DNA of 64,000 nt from Eledone cirrhosa (lineage: Eukaryota): NCBI GenBank assembly GCA_964016885.1, contig OZ024741.1:127968001-128032000 (forward strand), read 5' to 3'. Under the pieces are notes generated by a model. That model did not search any database and was not told where the DNA came from. It saw only the letters and a list, made by a program, of their open reading frames with translations. This document shows positions 56,659-64,000 of this stretch, piece by piece; position 1 is the first letter of the stretch; each line of letters opens with the position of its first letter. A program made the position numbers and the translations under genes.

Positions 56659-59600
56659 TGGGGATTCTTCTCTTTGTTTTGTCCTCTCCTTTGTTCTGTC
56701 CTACGCCATCTTGTTTTTGTGTGTGTTGTGTGTTTCGGGTGCCTGTGTGTGTTTTTATTTGTTTATTTATTTGTTTATTTACATGTTACTGGTTGGTTGT
56801 TTGTTCTACGTGTGTGTGTTTTCATTTTGTCCTTAATTGTAAGTTGTGATGTTGCTATTCCATTCATGTTTTCTATTTAATTTTGGTTGGAGTTCATTTA
56901 TGTTTATTGCTTCTGTGATTTGTCTAAACATTGCGTCTTTTCTGTGTGTAGATTTTATTTTTATTTCTATGTTCTCTAATTTCCCCTTGTGTTCTATTTT
57001 AGCATGTTGGTGGAGTGCTGATGAATCTTTTCTATCTTGAATCTCTCGCCAGTGTTCATTTAATCGTTCTCCTATACTACGAGCTGTCTCACCTATGTAC
57101 ACTATATTCTTATCTTTACATTGTCCTTCAGTACATCTTATGCTATATACTATGTTTTTAGTTTTACAGTTAATATGGGGGCTTAGTTTACAGATTATGC
57201 ATTTCTTATCTATACAGGGAGGTCTTTGAAAAGGGTATGTATTACTAATAAGTGTTTTTATAGAGGTACCTGGTCTTTCTACTATCTCTAATATTTAGTT
57301 TAAGTTTATCTAGAGCCCTTCTAAATTTGTAAGATAATTCACCTCTAGGGGTTGTATTGATGAACATTACACTCTGGTATTTATTGCTATCATACCATGA
57401 GTTTATTCTATTAATCTTATTCCTAGTTCTTTCTATTCTATTCCAAAATTTGCTCCTATACAAAGGGCAGGTCCCATTTGTATCATTATTTACCATTTTT
57501 TCCTATTTGGTTCTGGCTCCTCTATATACTCTGATTTTATCTCTCTGATTGTAACCGGAGAACTCCATACGGTGGATGAAATGCTGTATGTGTCTCTCTA
57601 GTTCTTTGGGGTTGCACATGCGGGACACGTTTCTCATCACCCATACTAAATCCGCAATCAGTATGTTGATTTTGGTGTGATCCGAAACAGCTGAGTTTCG
57701 GTGGATCAGATATTTGGAAGTCATGGGTTTGGCATAATGGGAATGGAGGATTTGTTTTTTGTTATTAATGGTTTCTAACCAGAGCTCTGTGTCTAGTACA
57801 GGTAATCGATGGTTGGGGTGTTTGCTTGGGTAGTCTATAGTAACTCTAATACTCTGGTGGATGGAGTTAGCTATTTGCTGGATGCTTTCCATGGTGTTTT
57901 TCTCTAATTCCTGACTGTTCTCTAGTGGGGTGTTTTTACTATGATGTTTATATCATCAACGTAGCGAGAGTACATTATCAGGGTTAAGAGGTTGCTGTCT
58001 TCTAATTTTTCTTTGAGTTTAAGTTTAAGTTTATTGTCCCACCATACCATGAATAGGTTAGCTATGTCACCTGCAATGCTAACACCAATGGTTGCTCCCT
58101 CCTCTTGGGCATATGTTTTTGCATTAAATTTGAACATATGTTCCTTAAGGGTTAGATTTATACTGGCCCCCACCGCATGTGCAATTATTTTCTTTAGTTC
58201 ATCGTGATTTTCGGGGGTCTGTATGGCTCTGGTCCACCCGTTCCATCTTTCTGTGTGGGTTTTCTTGGCCATTGAGGTAATGGTAGGTGGTGTGCCTCTT
58301 GCTGGCCTTGTGGGGGCAGAGGTTGCTAAGGTCATATGTATCTAGATAATTATTACTATAGGTAAGTTTAAGTAGGAGTCCCAGCTCACTGGCATCAATA
58401 TCACAGAATACAACATTGCTCTCACTGAGCATTTCTACGTATTTCTCCACAGCAAAATCCACGTCAATGGATGGGTATAGGGACACAACATCCGTACTAC
58501 CTATTATACAGTCTGTTAGGTCCCTAGATCGGTTATTTTCATTGATTCTGCTGAGGAGGTCCTCCGTGCTGTCACATATATCCGGGGACATTTCAATGAC
58601 GGGGCGTACCATCAGGGAGATGAAGTAGGCAAATCTGTAGTTACTAGAAATGTTAGCTCCACAGACTGGCCGTTTTGGTGGTCCTGTGACTGGGTCGCTG
58701 TTCGTCTTATGGTCTTTTCGAAGCCCATACAACGCTGGCACGTCATTGTTCCAGGCCTGGAAGTTGTTGGCAGTCCGTTTATTGGGCTGCATTATGTTTG
58801 TCCACATCATCATATGAGCATTGAGGGTTTTCTCCCTATCCTCATGCTCTTTTGGTGTTACTTCTCTTGTGTTAGTGATGTGGGGTTGCATTGCCTGGAT
58901 GTAGTTTGGCAGACTGTCAACCGACATTCTGCCAGACTTGTCTTTTGGAAAGCATGCAATCTCTCCATTACGTGAGCGCTGCATGAGCTTATGCAAGCCA
59001 TTTGCAGATTTTTCTCCCAGTTGCTGGGCCTCCATTCTATCTTGCTTCTTGCTATACTGTTCTATAATATTTCTAAGTTTAGATCTAGCTATACTAAATT
59101 GTGCTTCTGTTTGTTCATAGACCTGCGACGGCAATTGCGTGCGTTTGTTAAAAGCTAAAGTCGTGGCGTGGACTCGTCGTAGGTCGAAGGACATATCGGA
59201 AGGATTATAAAAAGTAGAATTCCAGGCTGCTACCTTATGTGTACTATTGCTATTGTTATTGTTAGTTGTGTTGTTTCGATTTCTATTTCCACCAACAGCC
59301 TCATGGTTGTTTCTATGTCTCTCATTATTACTCCTGCCTCTTTCCTCTGGCTCATTGTTATTATCTACTCTATTTTGTGTGTCTGTGTGTTCGTCCTGGT
59401 TATTTTCTCTGTCAGTATCGATAGTCCCCCTTCTTCTTTCAATCCTATTACCTTCCCTTACTTCTGTGTTACTGTCATTATCTGGTTTCTGTGTCTGTGT
59501 GGCTGTTAAGATTGTGGTGGTGGTGAGAGGCATACGATGTGTGTGTGTTGTTGTTGTTGTTGTTGTTGTTGTGTGTTGTTGATGTGTGTTGTTGTTGTTG

Positions 59601-59766
59601 TCTCCGTGTATGTTGTTATTATTGTTGTGTGTGTTGTTGTTGTTATTGTTGTTTGTGTCTGTGTGTCTGTTGTTGTTGTCTCTGTGTATGTTATTATTTT
59701 TGTTGTGTGTGTTGTTGTTGTTATCGTTGTTTGTGTCTGTGTGTCTGTTGTTGTTGGGATGTGTGT

Positions 59767-59859
<93 letters not shown>

Positions 59860-60778
59860 ATGTTGTTACTTTTGTTTTGGTTTTTTGTTGTTGGTGTTTT
59901 TGAGGCTCCAACGTAATTTTGTAAATGATTTTTCTATTTCTGACAAGCATCTTATCATATTTACCTTATTATATGTGGCATATTTAGGTGGTAGCTCTAA
60001 TATGGATAGTTCATCAGGGTCTACTGTAGTGTTGCCGTATATATTTGTGTTGTTGTTGTTGAATTCATCTGTTAATGAGATGTCGGCCATGTTTATACCC
60101 TCAATCCTATCTGGATATTTATCTCTATTCTCTGAAGTTTCTTGGTTTAGTTTCATCTTTTTGAGCCACTTTAATTTCTTGTTAAAGTGTTTGTTGCATT
60201 CTTGGATGATGTACTTTTCTTCTTCGCGTATAATGTTTATGAATTCTAATTTTTCACTTGGTGTGGTGATCTTAGTTATATCTTGTATTAGGTTACGCTT
60301 ATGTTTTTCTTGATGACTTAATTCTCTGTAAATCTTCTTTTTTATGTTTAGAATTAGTGTTCGTTTTAGCCTATCTGCTTGTTTTTTGGTAAGCTGTAAT
60401 CTTCAGAACAGATTCATCAGTACTCCACCAACATGCTAAAATAGAACATAAGGGGAAATTAGAGAACAGAAATAAAAATAAAATCTACACACAGAAAAGA
60501 CGCAATGTTTAGACAAATCACAGAAGCAATAAACATAAATTAACTCCAACCAAAATTAAATAGAAAACATGAATGGAATAGCAACATCACAACTTACAAT
60601 TAAGGACAAAATGAAAACACACACACATAGAACAAACAACCAACCAGTAACATGTAAATAAACAAATAAATAAACAAATAAAAACACACACAGACACCCG
60701 AAACACACAACACACACAAAAACAAGATGGCGTAGGACAGAACAAAGGAGAGGCACAAAACAAAGAGAAGAATCCCCA

Positions 60779-60821
60779 GTCACTGAAGAGGTCACAGAAT
60801 GTGTGACGAAAGAACTTTGAC
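60779..60821 (+). ncRNA. Minimal type I hammerhead in inverted pLTR (intact)
   Basis: gtca CTGAAGA g GTCACA gaatg TGTGAC GAAA g aa c tt tgac. Confidence 0.75.
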
Positions 60822-61033
60822 AATATATGAACAACCGTCCGGTTGTGGAACCAACCAACCAACCGGAAATTTATAAATTCTTAAATTTATAAATTTAATT
60901 TATAATAAATTGGAGTCAAAGCAACTGGTGCGTGTGTTTCTTATTGGCAACATGACCCTCCCAAAGTATAACAATATCGGTTTCAACACACGTTTTCAGA
61001 TAAAGAATCTTGCTAAACAAATTCAGAAACAAA

Positions 61034-61120
<87 letters not shown>

Positions 61121-61224
61121 CGTGTGTGTGTGTGTGTGTCTGTGTCTGTGTGTGTGTGTGCGTATGTGTGTGTGTTTGTGTGTGTGAGTGTATGTGGTTT
61201 TATGTATTTGTTCTGAAAGATTCT

Positions 61225-62447
61225 TGATGTGACATCGTGCTAAGTTCAATATCTTAATAGCCGCCCTGGTAAGGGTGACAGGAAATGTGTCCCACAAGTG
61301 CGACCCAACAGAGTTAAAGAGACACATACAGCACTTTATCCACCGCATGCAGTTCTCTGGTTATAACCAAAGGGACAGGATCAGGGTGTACAAAGGAGCC
61401 ATGGCTAAATTCAAAACCATTATGGAGAATGATATGAAGGGGATTTGCCTACTATACAGGAGCAAATCATGTGGTAGCATATAGAGAACTAGGAAAAAAT
61501 TAGGCAAGGCCAACTCATGGTATGGCAGCCCAAAATACCAGAGTGTCATATTCGTCGATGCTACCCCAAGAGACGAACAAGCGTATCGTTTTTAGAAGAG
61601 CTTTAGACAAAATTAACCTTAGGATTAAAGTAGTAGAAAAAATAGGAACCACCATAAAATCCCGAACCAGTAGGACATGCCCCATTCGGAAAACCCCTTT
61701 TTACTGATAGAAATTGTATATTCTGTAAGATAAGCCCACGTATAAACTGTAAAACTAGAACTGTAATCTATAGGATAAGATGTAAAGAGGGACGATACAG
61801 AAACAAGACAACGACATATATAGGAGAGACATCCCATAGTATAGGAGAGAGATTAAAGCAACTCTGGCGAGAACTTAGGGAGGACAAATGCTCATCAGTG
61901 CTATACCAACATGCCAAACTAGAGCACGAGGGCTCAAGAGATAACAAAGAAATAAAGATCCTATCCATATATAGAACTGAAGCAACAATCAGACAAATTA
62001 AGGAGGCCACTCACACAATAGAAAATAGCCCTAGCCTGAACAGAAAACACGATTGTAATAGTAACACTCCGCAACTTAATCACTGAAGACGGAATAGAAA
62101 AAAAAAGACACAAACAGTAAAACAGCAAACAATAAAAACCCCTATACACATAAAACACACATAGACATGACAAACACAAAAAACACATATACACACATAG
62201 AAACGCAGAGACAAAACACGAAAAACTCTCTACAAAACAAAGACAAGATAGTACAGGAGTTTAAGACTAGGATAAAGACGAGGCACAAAACAGACAGTCA
62301 TTGAGGAGGTCACAAATGTGTGTCGAAAGAACTTTGACAAATGAATGAGTAACGAACAATAAAAATAAAGTTAAAATTAAAATTATATGGTGGGTGTGTT
62401 TCTTTCTATTGGCAATATTGGCAACATGACCATTCCCAAATATAACA

Positions 62448-62450
<3 letters not shown>
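61225..62450 (+). mobile_element. Older diverged PLE of the same family, 5'-truncated
   Basis: RHIQHFIHRMQFSGYNQRD; YIGET..IGER; LYQHAKLEH..RQIKEA..LNRKH; HHR remnant 62297-62338 (TTGAGGA); ends attggcaacatgacc..tataacaata then (TA)n. Confidence 0.9.
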
Positions 62451-62479
<29 letters not shown>

Positions 62480-62487
62480 TATATATG

Positions 62488-62575
<88 letters not shown>

Positions 62576-62839
62576 TGTGTGTGTGGGTGTCCCTCTGCAT
62601 ATATATATATATATATATATAATTATATTATAATTATATTATGTATGTATAAATATATGCAGAGGGGGAGATACACACTCACTGAGATAGATAGTGAGTG
62701 AGTGTGTGTATGAAAGAGAGAGAGAGAGAGAGGGTGGGAGAGGGAGAGAGAGAGAGAGTGTGACACTATTGTTAGTAACTGTTGAAATAAATATAAATTA
62801 GAATATAAAGTAAAGATTCAGACTAAATTTAACGACGTT

Positions 62840-62908
62840 CATAACAACAACAACATCTACAACAATAACAGCAGCAGTAGCCAAAACAACAGCAATAACA
62901 ACAACTGT

Positions 62909-62943
<35 letters not shown>

Positions 62944-62966
62944 CGACGACGACGACGACGACGACG

Positions 62967-63035
<69 letters not shown>

Positions 63036-63760
63036 GCAGTAACGACAGCAGCAACAACAACAACAACAGTAACAACAGCAGCAGCAACAACAACAGCAGT
63101 AACGACAGCAGCAACAACAACAACAACAGTAACAACAGCAGCAGCAACAACAACAGCAGTAACGACAGCAGCAACAACAACAACAACAGTAACAACAGCA
63201 GCAGCAACAACAACAACAGCAGTAACAACAGCAGTAACAACAACAGCAGCAGCAACAACAACAACAGTAACAGCAGCAGCAACAACAACAACAGTAACAA
63301 CAGCAGCAACAGCAACAAACGCTACAGTAGGAAGAAGAACAACAAAAATAAAAATAACAACAACAGCTGCAGCAATAGCAATAACAACAATAGCAACTGC
63401 AGCAACAACAACAACAACAGCAGCAACAACAGAAACTACAGTAATAACAACATCAACAATAACAACAACAACAGCATCATCAATGACACCATCAACAACA
63501 TCAACAATAACAGCACCAGCAGCAACAACAGCAATAACAACAACAGTAACAACAACAACAACAACAGCAAAAACAATAACAATAACAACAATAACAACAA
63601 CAACAACAACAGCAGCAATAACAACAACAACAACAGAAACTGCAACAATAACAACAATAACAACAACAACAACAATAACAACAATAACAACACTAACAAC
63701 AACAACAACAACAACAGCAACAGAAACTACAGCAATGACAACAATAAGAACAACAGTTAT
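62840..63760. repeat. (CAA/CAG/GAC)n triplet microsatellite field
   Basis: Direct inspection; local 60-bp periodicity at 63041-63200. Confidence 0.9.
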
Positions 63761-64000
63761 ACAGAGAAAAGACTACATCGATTATAGATCTGTCAATACA
63801 ATAGCTGTTTACTAGAGTTGTGTGACAGACAGTGTGTCTGTGTCACTAGTAAATAATTAGACACAGCCAATCAATAAAGCTTAACAATCTTTACTATATC
63901 TCTCACTCTCTCACTCTCACTCACTCTCTCTCTCAAACTATCTCTCCTTCTCTCACTCTCTCTTTACCACTCACTCTCTTTCTCACTCTCACTCCCACTC

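Larger units (their letters stand above)
56462..61030 (-). mobile_element. Penelope-like element, near full length but frameshifted (56462-~60400), plus inverted pLTR (60410-61030)
   Basis: ORF pieces with DKSG, LYGLRKDHK, RPVC, STDVVSLYPSID, QEEGATIG, RYVDD, YIGETARS; the inverted copy ends with the same tail as 50681-50734. Confidence 0.95.

Overview
Repeat-saturated, AT-rich animal genomic DNA. The SINE family and extreme microsatellite load resemble octopod cephalopod genomes; this is an inference. No host protein-coding exon could be recognised, and almost all ORF-track hits are microsatellite or satellite translations. Contents: (i) four Penelope-like retroelements (PLE; RT + GIY-YIG), two with an inverted pseudo-LTR carrying minimal hammerhead ribozymes (HHR); (ii) four 5'-truncated, co-oriented Tx1/L1-type LINEs, each next to (CTAT/CTGT)n-like sequence; (iii) CRE-type and R4/Dong-type fragments; (iv) about 12 copies of one tRNA-head SINE, several with TSDs; (v) a hAT MITE and a mariner-type MITE; (vi) 50/166-, 60-, 72- and 78-bp tandem arrays; (vii) a ~2 kb near-identical duplication across a 200-N gap, probably an assembly artefact. 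The strongest signal is a set of small, non-coding, fold-back elements in or next to (TA)n tracts that carry hammerhead motifs. The best are a complete type I HHR at 14119-14205 and a 261-bp-arm palindrome at 55871-56452. These are candidate non-autonomous PLE/retrozyme-like families. All coordinates were read by eye and may be off by a few bases.
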